Source: Thermoanaerobaculia bacterium (GTDB lineage Bacteria; Acidobacteriota; Thermoanaerobaculia; UBA5066). From it: 64,000 nt of DNA. Both the position numbers and the translations under genes were made by a program. Positions 8,925 to 18,529 of this stretch are shown in pieces. A model generated the notes under the pieces. That model made no database searches, was not told where the DNA came from, and saw only the letters and a list, made by a program, of their open reading frames with translations. The DNA is taken from the NCBI GenBank assembly GCA_038245905.1, contig JBBRRY010000005.1, forward strand, positions 64,001 through 128,000, in the 5' to 3' direction. Position 1 is the stretch's first letter. Every line of letters starts with the position of its first letter.

Positions 8925-10291
8925 GCGCCTCCCGTGAGGCGCCGGACGGCGGCCTTGGCCGCGCGGGCCACCTGCCGCGGAGCGGTGCCGCCCGTGGTGT
9001 CCCGTTTCGCGAGGGCGCGCCTCACGTCGAGCGCCTGCAGGTCCTGGGCCGTGATTTCTTTCGTGGGCCCGAGCGCCGTGAGCGTCACACCCAGCGCCTC
9101 AGCCTCCGCGATCCGGCGACCGATGACGTCGTGCGCTTCGCGGAAGGGCATGCCCCTTTTCGCGAGGGCGTCGGCGAGCTCGGTCGCGAGCAGCCGATCG
9201 TCTGCGGCGGCGAGCGCCATGCGCTCACGATCGAGACGAAGACCCTCGACGAGGCCCGTCAACGCCGGCAACGCGACGGCGAGGACGCCACGCACGCGGA
9301 AGACCGGCTCCTTGTCGAGCTGGAGGTCCTTGTCGTACGCGAGCGGAAGGCCCTTGAGAAGCGCGAGGAGCCCGGTCAGCTCGCCAATCGCGCGGCCCGC
9401 ATGTCCGCGGGCCAGCTCGAGCACGTCCGGGTTCTTCTTCTGTGGCATGCGCGAAGAGCCCGTGGCAAGGGCGTCCGGTAGGGTGGCGAAGGCGAATTCA
9501 TCCGACGTGAAGGCGATGAGGTCTTCCGCGAGCCGCGAGAGATGGACGAGGAGAAGCGTCGCGGCAAAAAGGAATTCCACCGCCGCGTCGCGGTCGGAGA
9601 CGGCGTCGAGCGAATTCGCCGTCGGGCGCAGGAAGCCGAGGCTCCGGGCGAGCGCCTCGCGATCGATCGGAAGAGGCGTGCCCGAGAGCGCGCCGGAGCC
9701 GAGCGGGCACTCGTCCGCGCGCGAGGCCGCGTTGTCGAAGCGGCTCGCGTCGCGGCGGAGCATTTCCACGTAGGCGAGGCACCAATGCCCGAACGTGACG
9801 GGCTCGGCACGCTTCATGTGCGTGTAGCCCGGCATGGGCGTCGCGGCCTCGGCTTCCGCACGGCGCGCGAATGCGAGCGCGAGGGAGCGCGCGGCGGCCG
9901 CGCCCTCGGCGAGAGCGTCCTTGACGTACAGACGGAAGTCGGTCGCGACCTGGTCGTTCCGCGAGCGCCCCGTGTGCAGCTTTCCGGCGAGCGGACCCAC
10001 CTTTGCGGCGAGGCGGGCCTCGACGAACGAGTGCACGTCCTCGTCGTCCGCGTCGTGCGGCACGCCCGTCTTCGCGACCTCGACGCCGATCTCTTCGAGG
10101 CCGGCCACGAGCTTCTTCACGTCTCTCGAAGACAGCACGCCTGCGGCGCCGAGCGCCTCGGCCCAGGCGATCGAGCCTCGCAGGTCCTCGGCGAGGAGCA
10201 CGCGGTCGAACACGAACGAGTCGTTGAAGGCGCGAAGGGCGTGCGCGGGGGGCTCGGAGAAGCGCCCTCCCCAGAGCTGGCGACGGGTCAA
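8921..10291 (-). CDS. argH: Argininosuccinate lyase
   Basis: LWGGRF, LHTGRSRNDQV, MPGYTH, GSSRMPQKKNPD. Confidence 0.97.
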   Translation of the reverse strand: MTRRQLWGGRFSEPPAHALRAFNDSFVFDRVLLAEDLRGSIAWAEALGAAGVLSSRDVKKLVAGLEEIGVEVAKTGVPHDADDEDVHSFVEARLAAKVGPLAGKLHTGRSRNDQVATDFRLYVKDALAEGAAAARSLALAFARRAEAEAATPMPGYTHMKRAEPVTFGHWCLAYVEMLRRDASRFDNAASRADECPLGSGALSGTPLPIDREALARSLGFLRPTANSLDAVSDRDAAVEFLFAATLLLVHLSRLAEDLIAFTSDEFAFATLPDALATGSSRMPQKKNPDVLELARGHAGRAIGELTGLLALLKGLPLAYDKDLQLDKEPVFRVRGVLAVALPALTGLVEGLRLDRERMALAAADDRLLATELADALAKRGMPFREAHDVIGRRIAEAEALGVTLTALGPTKEITAQDLQALDVRRALAKRDTTGGTAPRQVARAAKAAVRRLTGGA

Positions 10292-10295
10292 CGTC

Positions 10296-11531
10296 TCACC
10301 CTTCCCCGGAGACGACGGCCTGATACGTCGTTCCGGCCTTCAGCCGCAGGCGGCCCTTCGTGGGCAGGCCGAAGAGGCGGATGAAACCGGCTGCGTCAGC
10401 CGGCGTGTAGCCGCGCATGTCGAACGACGCGAGGTGCGCCGAATAGAGCGCGTGGGGCGACGTGCGGCCGACGACCGACGAGGAGCCCTTGAAGAGCTTG
10501 AGCGTGACGTCGCCCGTCACGGTGGGCATCAGCGCGTTCATGAACGCGTCCAGCGCCTCGCGAAGCGGTGAGAACCACTGGCCGAAATAGACCAGCTCGG
10601 CATAGCGGGCGGCGAGCTTCTCCTTCTCGTGGGTGCTGTCGCGGTCGAGCGTAAGCGTCTCGAGAGCGCGGAGCGCCATCACGAGGAGCGTGCCGCCCGG
10701 CGTCTCGTAGACGCCGCGTGACTTGATGCCGACGAGTCGGTTCTCGACGATGTCCACGCGGCCGACGCCGTGACGGCCGGCGATCTCGTTGAGCTTCTGG
10801 ATGAGCGCCACCGGCGCGAGCCTCTCGCCGTTCACCGCGACAGGCAACCCCGCCGTGAAGGAGATCGTCACCCGCTCAGGAGTGTCGGGGGCCTTCTCGG
10901 GGTCCACCGTCAGCTTGAACATCGAGGGCTCGGGCTCGAAGCCTGGCTCTTCCAGCGGGCCGCCTTCGTGGGAAATGTGCCAGAGGTTCCGGTCGCGCGA
11001 ATACGGGTCCTTCTTCGTGACCGGAACGGGAATGCCGCGCGCCGCGGCGTAGTCGATGGCGTCCTCGCGCGACTGGATGTCCCACTCGCGCCACGGGGCG
11101 ATGATGGCGAGCTCCGGCGCGAGCGCCATGTAGGCGAGCTCGAAGCGGACCTGGTCGTTGCCCTTCCCCGTGCAGCCGTGCGAGAAGGCGTCGCAACCCG
11201 TCGCGAGCGCCACCTCGACCTGCTTCTTGGCGATGAGGGGACGCGCGGTCGCGGTCCCGAGCAGGTAGTCGTGCTCGTAGATGGCGCCGGCCTTCAGCAC
11301 CGGAAAGAGGTAATCGCGCGCGAACTCGTCCTTTGCGTCGATGAGGAAGAACTCCGACGCACCGGTCTTCTTCGCCTTCTCTTCGAGGCCCGCAGTCTCC
11401 TCGGCCTGGCCGACGTCGACGGCAACGGCGACGACCTCGCAGCCGTAGTTCTCCTTCAGCCAGGGGATGATGACGGACGTGTCGAGGCCGCCCGAATAGG
11501 CGAGCGCGACTTTCTTGATCTTCGGCTTCAC
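10296..11531 (-). CDS. argG: Argininosuccinate synthase
   Basis: [33 protein letters not shown]. Confidence 0.97.
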   Translation of the reverse strand: MKPKIKKVALAYSGGLDTSVIIPWLKENYGCEVVAVAVDVGQAEETAGLEEKAKKTGASEFFLIDAKDEFARDYLFPVLKAGAIYEHDYLLGTATARPLIAKKQVEVALATGCDAFSHGCTGKGNDQVRFELAYMALAPELAIIAPWREWDIQSREDAIDYAAARGIPVPVTKKDPYSRDRNLWHISHEGGPLEEPGFEPEPSMFKLTVDPEKAPDTPERVTISFTAGLPVAVNGERLAPVALIQKLNEIAGRHGVGRVDIVENRLVGIKSRGVYETPGGTLLVMALRALETLTLDRDSTHEKEKLAARYAELVYFGQWFSPLREALDAFMNALMPTVTGDVTLKLFKGSSSVVGRTSPHALYSAHLASFDMRGYTPADAAGFIRLFGLPTKGRLRLKAGTTYQAVVSGEG

Positions 11532-12742
11532 GAGGCTTTCTCCTTCGGCGCTTCGCGGAGGATCTCCTCGAGCGCCTTGACGAATCCGGATAACGCCGGA
11601 CGGGGCACCACGTAGGGGGGCAGGAGGCGAAGAACCTTCGTCCGCGACGTCCCGACGACGAAGCCCTTACCGAGGAGCGCTTTCTGCACCTCGGCGGCGT
11701 CGCGCAACAGCTCCACGCCCCAGATGAGGCCGCGGCCCCGCACGTCGACGATCGCCCCCTTGCTGCGCTTCTTCGCGCTCCGGAGCTTCTTCCCGAACCA
11801 TTCGCCCGTCGCGCGGTTCTTCTCGAGATAACCGCCGTCCAGGATCTCGGCGAGCGTTTCGAGCCCCAGCCGGCACGCGATCGGATTGCCGCCGAATGTG
11901 GTGCCGTGGTGCCCGGGCTTCACGAGCGGCGCGATCCGTTCCCCGACGAGGACGACCCCGAGCGGCAGACCGCCTCCGATGGGTTTGGCGAGCGTCACGA
12001 GGTCGGGCACGACGCCGAGCTCCTGAAACACGAACAGGTGGCCCGTGCGCCCGAGGCCCGACTGGATCTCGTCGAAGACGAGCGCCGCGCCCACGCGATC
12101 GGCCGCGGCGCGCGCGGCCTTCACGTATTCGGGCGTGAGCGGGATGATGCCTCCCTCGCCGAGGATGGGTTCCAGGAAGATCGCGGCCGTCTCGGGCGTG
12201 ACGGCGCTCTCGAGAGCGGCGATGTCGTTGGGCGCGAGAAAGACGGTTTCGCCCGCGAGCGGCAGGAACGGCGTCCGATAGCCCTCGTTTCCCGTCAGGG
12301 CGAGCGCGCCCATCGTGCGCCCGTGAAAGCCGCCCTCGAGCGCGATCATCCGGCTTCGGCCGGGCGTCGCGAGCCGCGTGAACTTGACGGCGGCTTCGAT
12401 CGCCTCGGTGCCGCTGTTGCAGAAGAAGACGCGCGGCATCCCGGAGAGGTGCGTGAGGCGCTCGGCGAGAAGACCCTGCGCCGGGTGGAAGAACAGGTTC
12501 GAGACGTGCAGGAGGTGGTTCGCCTCCTCGCGGAGCGCCTTCACGAGGCGTGGATGGCGATGGCCGAGCGCGTTCACGGCAATGCCCGCGAGAAGGTCCC
12601 AGTAGACCTTCCCGTCCGCGTCGACGAGCTTCGCGCCCTTGCCAGAGAGCGGGTGAAAGGGCGTGCGCTTGTAGGTGCCGAGGATGTTATCGGCATCGCG
12701 CTTTTCGACGAGAGACGGAGCTTCAGGCGGCGGCTGATGCAA
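11528..12742 (-). CDS. argD: Acetylornithine aminotransferase
   Basis: [43 protein letters not shown] start at 12742 follows GGAGG. Confidence 0.93.
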   Translation of the reverse strand: MHQPPPEAPSLVEKRDADNILGTYKRTPFHPLSGKGAKLVDADGKVYWDLLAGIAVNALGHRHPRLVKALREEANHLLHVSNLFFHPAQGLLAERLTHLSGMPRVFFCNSGTEAIEAAVKFTRLATPGRSRMIALEGGFHGRTMGALALTGNEGYRTPFLPLAGETVFLAPNDIAALESAVTPETAAIFLEPILGEGGIIPLTPEYVKAARAAADRVGAALVFDEIQSGLGRTGHLFVFQELGVVPDLVTLAKPIGGGLPLGVVLVGERIAPLVKPGHHGTTFGGNPIACRLGLETLAEILDGGYLEKNRATGEWFGKKLRSAKKRSKGAIVDVRGRGLIWGVELLRDAAEVQKALLGKGFVVGTSRTKVLRLLPPYVVPRPALSGFVKALEEILREAPKEKAS

Positions 12743-13526
12743 GGCGGGTTCCTCCGATGCCCTCGGCAAGAGCCGAGGCGTGGCCATTTGGTCCGGCGAT
12801 GACGACTTGGGAAACGCCCGCCTTCATGGCCTCGAGGCAGGCGACGAGTTTCGGGCGCATGCCGCCGCCCACCTCTCCGGAAGACAGCATGGCCCAGGCG
12901 CGCTCGGCGTCGAGCTCGGGCACGAGCTTTCCTTCGGCGTCGAGAAGGCCCTCGACGTCCGTGAGGAAGACGAGCCTCTCGGCGCGGAGCGCGACCGCGA
13001 GCGCCGAGGCGGCGGAGTCGGCGTTGACGTTGAGGAGAGTACCCTCCCGCCCGAGCGCGACGGACGCCACGATCGGGAGGAGGTCGGCGCCCAGGATGGC
13101 GCTGATGAGCTTCGGATTCGAGAAGGTGACCCTCCCGACGAATCCGAAGTCCACGCCGTCGAGGCGAGGATGGAATTCGGCCCACAGGGTCTCCCCGTCC
13201 GCGCCCGACAGCCCGGCCGAGGTGACGCCGAGAGAGCGGAACTCGGCGACGAGCGACTTGTTCACGAGGCCCGAGAGAATCGAGACGACGACGTCGAGCG
13301 TCTCGGGATCGGTGATCCTGAGCCCGCGGTAGGTCTTCTTCGGGATCTTGAGCGCCTGCAGCGACGCGTCGATCCGCTTGCCACCCCCGTGCACGACGAC
13401 GATCCGTTGCCCGGCCGTCCACCGCGCCGCGATCGCGGCGAGCGCCCGCTCGCGGAGAACGGGATCTTCGAGGAGGCTCCCTCCGAGCTTGACGACCACC
13501 GGACGCCCCACGTGCGTCGCGCTCAC
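12723..13526 (-). CDS. argB: Acetylglutamate kinase
   Basis: VVKLGGS, VHGGG, GLRITD, NVNAD, GGMRPK. Confidence 0.95.
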   Translation of the reverse strand: MSATHVGRPVVVKLGGSLLEDPVLRERALAAIAARWTAGQRIVVVHGGGKRIDASLQALKIPKKTYRGLRITDPETLDVVVSILSGLVNKSLVAEFRSLGVTSAGLSGADGETLWAEFHPRLDGVDFGFVGRVTFSNPKLISAILGADLLPIVASVALGREGTLLNVNADSAASALAVALRAERLVFLTDVEGLLDAEGKLVPELDAERAWAMLSSGEVGGGMRPKLVACLEAMKAGVSQVVIAGPNGHASALAEGIGGTRLASAAA

Positions 13527-14560
13527 GAGAGGCCCTCCGCCTCCGGATGGCCGAACACCCGGTTCATGTTCTGCACGGCCTGCGAGGCCGCGCCCTTGAG
13601 CAGGTTGTCGAGGACCGAGACGAGGACCCCGCGCCGGCCGCCCGGGAGGAGCGCGAAACCGATCTCGGCGCGCGGCGTCCCGACGACGTCGCGCAGCTCC
13701 GGCAGCTCGCCCGCCGGCCGCACCCGCACGAACGGCGTCGCGGAATAGACCTTCGCGTACGCGGCCGCGAGCGACTCGGGCGTCTGCGGCTCCGCGAAAG
13801 AAATGTGGAGCGTCGAGAGGATCCCGCGCACGACAGGCAGGAGGTGCGGGACGAAGACGAACGGAGTCTCGCCGGACAGCCCGAGCTCCTGACGCATCTC
13901 GGGCTCGTGCCGGTGGCTCCCGACGCCGTAAGCCTTGAAGTTGCCGTCGAGCTCACCGAAGGAGTACGCGACGTCGCTCTTCTTCCCCGCTCCCGAAACA
14001 CCGCTCTTGCTGTCGCAGATGACCGGCTCGCCGGGTGCGAGAAGGGAGAGCACGGGCTTGAGCGCGAGGAGGACCGACGTCGGGTAGCACCCCGGGTTCG
14101 CGACGAGGTGCGCGCCCGTGAGCTTCTTTCCGCACCACTCGGTGAGACCGTAGACGGCCTCGGCGAGAAGGCCAGGCGCCGGGTGCTCGAACCCGTACCA
14201 TTTCGGGTAGTCCGCCGCGTTCCGAAGGCGGAACGCCCCCGAGATGTCGATGACCTTCGCGCCCGACGCGAGGATCTTCGGGGCGACTTCGGCGGACGCT
14301 TCGTTCGGCGTCGCGAGGAAGACGACGTCCGGCCGGCTGGCAGCGAGGCGCTCCTCCGAGAAAGGCTCGGCATCTGGCCCGGCCCTCCCCCCGAGAAGCG
14401 GGTGGAGCCGCGCGAAGGGGACCGGCCGCGTGTCCTTCTTTCCGGAGGAGAACACGGACACGATCTCGGCACCGGGGTGCCGCGCGAGCAGCGCGCAGAG
14501 CTCCGCTCCCGAGTAGCCCGTCGCTCCGAGGACCGCGACCCGCGTCTTCGGCTCCGTCAA
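13523..14560 (-). CDS. argC: N-acetyl-gamma-glutamyl-phosphate reductase
   Basis: GATGYSG, ANPGCYPT, SGVSGAG, DNLLKGAASQAVQNMN. TTG start overlaps the argR stop. Confidence 0.95.
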   Translation of the reverse strand: MTEPKTRVAVLGATGYSGAELCALLARHPGAEIVSVFSSGKKDTRPVPFARLHPLLGGRAGPDAEPFSEERLAASRPDVVFLATPNEASAEVAPKILASGAKVIDISGAFRLRNAADYPKWYGFEHPAPGLLAEAVYGLTEWCGKKLTGAHLVANPGCYPTSVLLALKPVLSLLAPGEPVICDSKSGVSGAGKKSDVAYSFGELDGNFKAYGVGSHRHEPEMRQELGLSGETPFVFVPHLLPVVRGILSTLHISFAEPQTPESLAAAYAKVYSATPFVRVRPAGELPELRDVVGTPRAEIGFALLPGGRRGVLVSVLDNLLKGAASQAVQNMNRVFGHPEAEGLS

Positions 14561-15042
14561 CCGCGTCCCCTGCGGGAGCGTCCCGCGGCGAGGCCCGGCT
14601 CGAGCCGGCGGGCGAGCCGTTGGGCGGCCGCGACCGTGGCCGCTGCCAGGAAGATCGTGTCGTCGCCGGCAATCGTCCCGACGACCCCTTCGAGCGCGGC
14701 CTCGTCCAGGGCGCGCGCGACGGCGTTGGCCGTCGCCGGAGGCGTCTTGACGACAACGAGGGTGCCCGCCGTCGCCACGCCCAGGACCCACTCCTTGAGC
14801 GCGCGCTCGAGGCGCTCCTCGCGGCGGGCCTGAAGCACGCCTTCCGTCGCCTGCGCCTCGCCGCCCGGGACCACGTATCCCCCGGCGGTCTTCGCGAGGC
14901 CGAGATCCTTGAGGTCCCGGGAGAGCGTGGGCTGCGCGACGTCGATGCCGCGGCGCGCGAGACGATGCTGGAGCTCCTCCTGCGAGTGCACGGCAGCGCC
15001 GCGGATGACCTTGAGAATTTCGTCGCGGCGCCGGAGCGCCAT
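14557..15042 (-). CDS. argR: Arginine repressor
   Basis: SQEEL, QPTLSRDL, GTIAGDDTIF. Confidence 0.95.
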   Translation of the reverse strand: MALRRRDEILKVIRGAAVHSQEELQHRLARRGIDVAQPTLSRDLKDLGLAKTAGGYVVPGGEAQATEGVLQARREERLERALKEWVLGVATAGTLVVVKTPPATANAVARALDEAALEGVVGTIAGDDTIFLAAATVAAAQRLARRLEPGLAAGRSRRGRG

Positions 15043-15078
15043 CGAATGACTATTCACAGACGTGAATATTCATTCATT
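15041..15078 (-). promoter_or_regulatory. Tandem ARG boxes (ArgR operator) overlapping the arg promoter and start
   Basis: atCGAATgactATTCAca (15041-15058) and cgTGAATattcATTCAtt (15061-15078), 2-bp spacer. TTGACG on the minus strand at 15088-15093. Confidence 0.85.
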
Positions 15079-15191
15079 CGCGCCGCGCGTCAAGCATTTT
15101 CTTTTCGTGACGCAGGGCACGGGATCGGAGGCCACGGGGGACGGGACTAGAATTCACGCATGGGGCAGGCTTCCCGACGGACCGGGCCGCG

Positions 15192-15755
15192 ATGAGTCCG
15201 ACCCGCTCTTCCGACGCGTTCGAGGCCGAGATCGGACGACTGCCGGAGAAGTTGCGCCGTTTTTTCCTGTCTCGTGGCGTACGCACCGAGGACGACGCCA
15301 GGGACCTTGCGCAGGAGACCCTTCTTCGCGTCCTGCAGAGGCTCTCGCGAGGCGAGCTCCTCGACTCGCCGGAGGCGTTTTCGCTCGGGGTCGCCAAGAA
15401 CGTCTTCTTCGAGTACTGCCGGCGGGTCGCGAAGTCCCACGCCCACGACGGCCTTTCCGGCGCCATCGATCTTGCCGGGGGCGAGGATCCCCTTACCGAA
15501 GCCCTCGCTTCGAGCCAGGCCATTCGATTCCGCCGGGCGCTCGAGCTCCTGCCCGAACGCATGAAGAACCTTCTCCTCAAGCGGTTCGTGGAAGAGGTGC
15601 CGTCGCGAACGATCGCCCGCGAGGAAGGGATCTCGACGGACGCCATCGACATGCGCGTCTATCGCGCCAAGCGCGAGCTCAAGAAGCGCATGGACCGCGA
15701 AAAAGCGGCGCGGGACGGCGGGCAACCGACTCCGGAACCGGACGCCCTCCCGTGA
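15192..15755 (+). CDS. ECF-type RNA polymerase sigma factor
   Basis: DARDLAQETLLR (region 2) and LELLPER..IAREEGISTDAIDMRVYRAKREL (region 4). Confidence 0.85.
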   Translation: MSPTRSSDAFEAEIGRLPEKLRRFFLSRGVRTEDDARDLAQETLLRVLQRLSRGELLDSPEAFSLGVAKNVFFEYCRRVAKSHAHDGLSGAIDLAGGEDPLTEALASSQAIRFRRALELLPERMKNLLLKRFVEEVPSRTIAREEGISTDAIDMRVYRAKRELKKRMDREKAARDGGQPTPEPDALP

Positions 15756-15765
15756 GTCCCCGGTC

Positions 15766-16593
15766 GTGAGCGCCCTGGAACCCGGTCCCGAGGAAATTCG
15801 CGACTACCTGCTGCGCCGCATGCAAGACAAGGCGCGGGGCCGCTTCGAGGAAGCCTACTTTCAAGACGACACCCTCCTCGACCGAATCGAGGCGGAAGAG
15901 GACGCGCTGGTCTCCGACTACGTCCTCGGCCGGCTGGACGCGGCGGAGCGGCGCCTCTTCGAAGAGTCTCTGCTCGAAACGCCCTACTACAAGAACAGGG
16001 TCGAGACTACGAGCCGGCTCAAGCTGAGAATTGAAGCTCCGGGTCTCTTCCCCGCTCGCACCGAAGCGCCCGGCGGCGACGCGCACCTGTTTCCGGGCCG
16101 CTCCGGGGCGGGAGTGGCCTTCGGTCTCCTGGCGCTGCTCCTCGTGGCCGCCCTCCTCTCGGCTTTGCGGCTCAAGAGCGACCTCACGCGCGCGCGCCTC
16201 GAGTTGGCAGCGCGGCCCGTCAGCGCGGCCGATCCCGCCGCCCACGCGGGAGTCGTGCCTCTGGCCCAGACCGTCCTTTTGGGAGGCGAGCGAAGCGCGG
16301 GCCCGGCCATCACGATCCTGAGACGGGCGGCAGGCGGGGCCATTCTGCTCAGCTTTCCCCGGTCGCTGGCGGGCCGCGCGCCGTCGACCCTGAGCGTGGC
16401 CCTCCTCGACGGGAAGAGGGTGGTCTGGGAATCGGCCGCATTCCCATCGAAGGAAATGGAGGAGGGCGACCTGTCGCTTCGCCTCCCTCCTGGTGTGCCA
16501 CCGGCGGGCTCGTACGCCGTGCTTCTCAAGGCTCCGGGCACGCCCGAGAAAGCCGAGACGCTGCTCGGGATCCTCGAGATCACCGAGCGCTGA
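15766..16593 (+). CDS. Putative membrane-anchored anti-sigma factor
   Basis: Directly downstream of the ECF gene. DYLL..ERRLFEE-type N-terminal helical domain, one TM helix, extracytoplasmic beta-rich domain. Confidence 0.65.
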   Translation: MSALEPGPEEIRDYLLRRMQDKARGRFEEAYFQDDTLLDRIEAEEDALVSDYVLGRLDAAERRLFEESLLETPYYKNRVETTSRLKLRIEAPGLFPARTEAPGGDAHLFPGRSGAGVAFGLLALLLVAALLSALRLKSDLTRARLELAARPVSAADPAAHAGVVPLAQTVLLGGERSAGPAITILRRAAGGAILLSFPRSLAGRAPSTLSVALLDGKRVVWESAAFPSKEMEEGDLSLRLPPGVPPAGSYAVLLKAPGTPEKAETLLGILEITER

Positions 16594-16600
16594 TCCGCGG

Positions 16601-17257
16601 TCAGAAGCCGGCGCGGGCGTGCAGGCCTTCGAGGAAGATCCCCGCGAATTCCTCGCCAATCTCGTCCGCGGAAGCTCCGCCGCCCGCGCGATACCAGCGG
16701 GCCATCCAGTTCATCGCGCCCAGAATCGCGAACGCCGCCAGCTTCGGATCGACCGCGCGGAAGACCCCCTGCTCCACGCCCTCGGCGATCACGTCGCGCA
16801 GGCTGTTCTCGTATGCGTCGCGGACGCCCACGACGTTCGCGCGGCGCCGCGCGTCCAGGGCGTCGAACTGGAGCGCCAGTGCGGTCCCGTGAAATTTGTC
16901 CACCATCACGCGCGCATGCTCGACGATGATGCGCCGGAGCGCTTGATCGGGCGGGAGCGCCGAGGCGCGCACGCGCTCCGTCACATCGAGCATCGCCTCG
17001 AGAGCCGTCTCGTGGCACAGGGCGAGAATTTCTTCCTTGTCTCGAAAGTAGTAGTAGAGGCTTCCCCGCGTCAGGAGGAGCTCTTCGGCGATGTCGTCCA
17101 TGGACGTTCCGTAGAACCCTTTCGCCGCGAAGCTTCGAACGGCGCTTTCGAGGATCAGCGCGCGCTTGGCCTTACGCTTCGTCTCGACGTGCGCAGAGGG
17201 GGCGCGCCGCCTGGCGGTTCCGCCGCCCCTCGCTCCGGAGGGTTCCTTGCGCGACAT
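16601..17257 (-). CDS. TetR/AcrR family transcriptional regulator (KstR2-like C-terminus)
   Basis: [29 protein letters not shown] and [12 protein letters not shown]. Confidence 0.9.
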   Translation of the reverse strand: MSRKEPSGARGGGTARRRAPSAHVETKRKAKRALILESAVRSFAAKGFYGTSMDDIAEELLLTRGSLYYYFRDKEEILALCHETALEAMLDVTERVRASALPPDQALRRIIVEHARVMVDKFHGTALALQFDALDARRRANVVGVRDAYENSLRDVIAEGVEQGVFRAVDPKLAAFAILGAMNWMARWYRAGGGASADEIGEEFAGIFLEGLHARAGF

Positions 17258-17292
17258 GGTCTCTCGATCTTAGGCCGCCGCTCCTGGAAACG

Positions 17293-17326
17293 AAAAAGGC
17301 CGCCTCCCTACAAGAGAGAGGCGGCC
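17293..17326 (-). terminator. Intrinsic terminator downstream of tRNA-Pro
   Basis: GGCCGCCTC...GAGGCGGCC stem followed by a T5 tract on the minus strand. Confidence 0.75.
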
Positions 17327-17337
17327 GAGCGGGAAAT

Positions 17338-17415
<78 letters not shown>

Positions 17416-17517
17416 AGGAGCGCGGACGATACCATTCCGGCGCGTCCGCGAAAAGGGGCCGGGGTTGTCGAATCCGGGCGGTCCCGTTCGACCAGATGAG
17501 GAAGGCCAGGAACGCCG

Positions 17518-17844
17518 GCGCTCCATGCGCGCGCCGCGTCGCCCGCCGAGACCGACTGGCGGCAGATCGCTGCGCTTTACGACACGCTCCGGCGTTTGCG
17601 CCCCTCCCCCGTCGTCGCGCTCAACCGCGCCGTTGCCGTCGCGATGTTCGCGGGGCCCGAGGCCGGCCTCCCGCTCGTCAAGGAGCTCGAGCGCTCGGGC
17701 GCGCTCGCGGGCAACGAGCCCGAGAGGCGGTTTCTTTCGAGAAGGCTCGATGCCGCCGAACGCGCCCGAGCAACAGCCGCGGGAAGACAAGGGCTCGACG
17801 ACTTGCGCCGAGACGCACGTCAACCGGATGAAAGGCGTCGATGA
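17518..17844 (+). pseudogene. C-terminal remnant of an ECF sigma factor with DUF6596/TPR-like extension
   Basis: LHARAASPAETDWRQIAALYDTL..SPVVALNRAVAVAM..NEPERRFL. In-frame stop upstream at 17497, no sigma domains, internal deletion. Confidence 0.75.
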
Positions 17845-17868
17845 CAAAAAACTGTGGCTTACGGGCGG

Positions 17869-18369
17869 TCAGAACCGATCCTGGGCTTGCTTCCTGAGGT
17901 ACGAACGACTGCCCGCGGCGACGCGTAGCTCGGCGCAGGCTTCCGCCCACGTGAATCCCTGGAGGACGAGCCGCATGAGTGAGGCAGCGATCTGCGGGAG
18001 CGCTTCGACCCGCGCCTTAGCTTCAACCTTCGACAGACTGGAATCGCACCGCGAGGCCTGCCCCAGGCTCGCGAGCGCACCAGCGGGCTCGAACCGGGTC
18101 GGGCGCAGGCGGGCCCTGTTCTTCGTCCGTAGGAATCGGCTCGCGAGCGTCGAAACCAGGCGGTCACCCGGAGGGAACTCCGCTAAGTTGATTCTCTGAT
18201 TCAGTAACCACAGCACGACTTCTTGACGCACGTCATCCCGGCAGGGTGCGTTAAATTTCTTCCGCCGCAGGACGCGATCGACGGAGTCAAGCAAAGCAGC
18301 GCCGACCTCCTCTGATACAGGGCGTTCGATCACAGCCGCAGTCACTATTTCAGTGTAGCCCTCAATCAC
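17869..18369 (-). CDS. Divergent ECF-sigma-like / HTH protein
   Basis: RDDVRQEVVLWLL resembles region 2 and VEALP..LVLQGFTWAEACAEL resembles region 4. Atypical codon usage. Confidence 0.5.
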   Translation of the reverse strand: MIEGYTEIVTAAVIERPVSEEVGAALLDSVDRVLRRKKFNAPCRDDVRQEVVLWLLNQRINLAEFPPGDRLVSTLASRFLRTKNRARLRPTRFEPAGALASLGQASRCDSSLSKVEAKARVEALPQIAASLMRLVLQGFTWAEACAELRVAAGSRSYLRKQAQDRF

Positions 18370-18529
18370 ACCCTCGCGCCATGCACGTGCATCAATTCGC
18401 CCGATTCGTCATCGATTCGCCCCTCGCCGGCCATTATCTAGATGAAAGCAAAGGGAATCTGTCCTCCCTCGCTTCACGAAAGAGATCCGATCTCACCTGG
18501 ATTGAAAGAAAGGCACCGAAGGGATCACT

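Noticed and set aside
13523-14791. Extended N-termini given by the ORF track for argC, lpxA, fabZ, dsbD, ltaE, vapC and the lipid kinase
   Set aside because: The extensions overlap upstream genes. Starts were reassigned from family N-termini and stop/start coupling.
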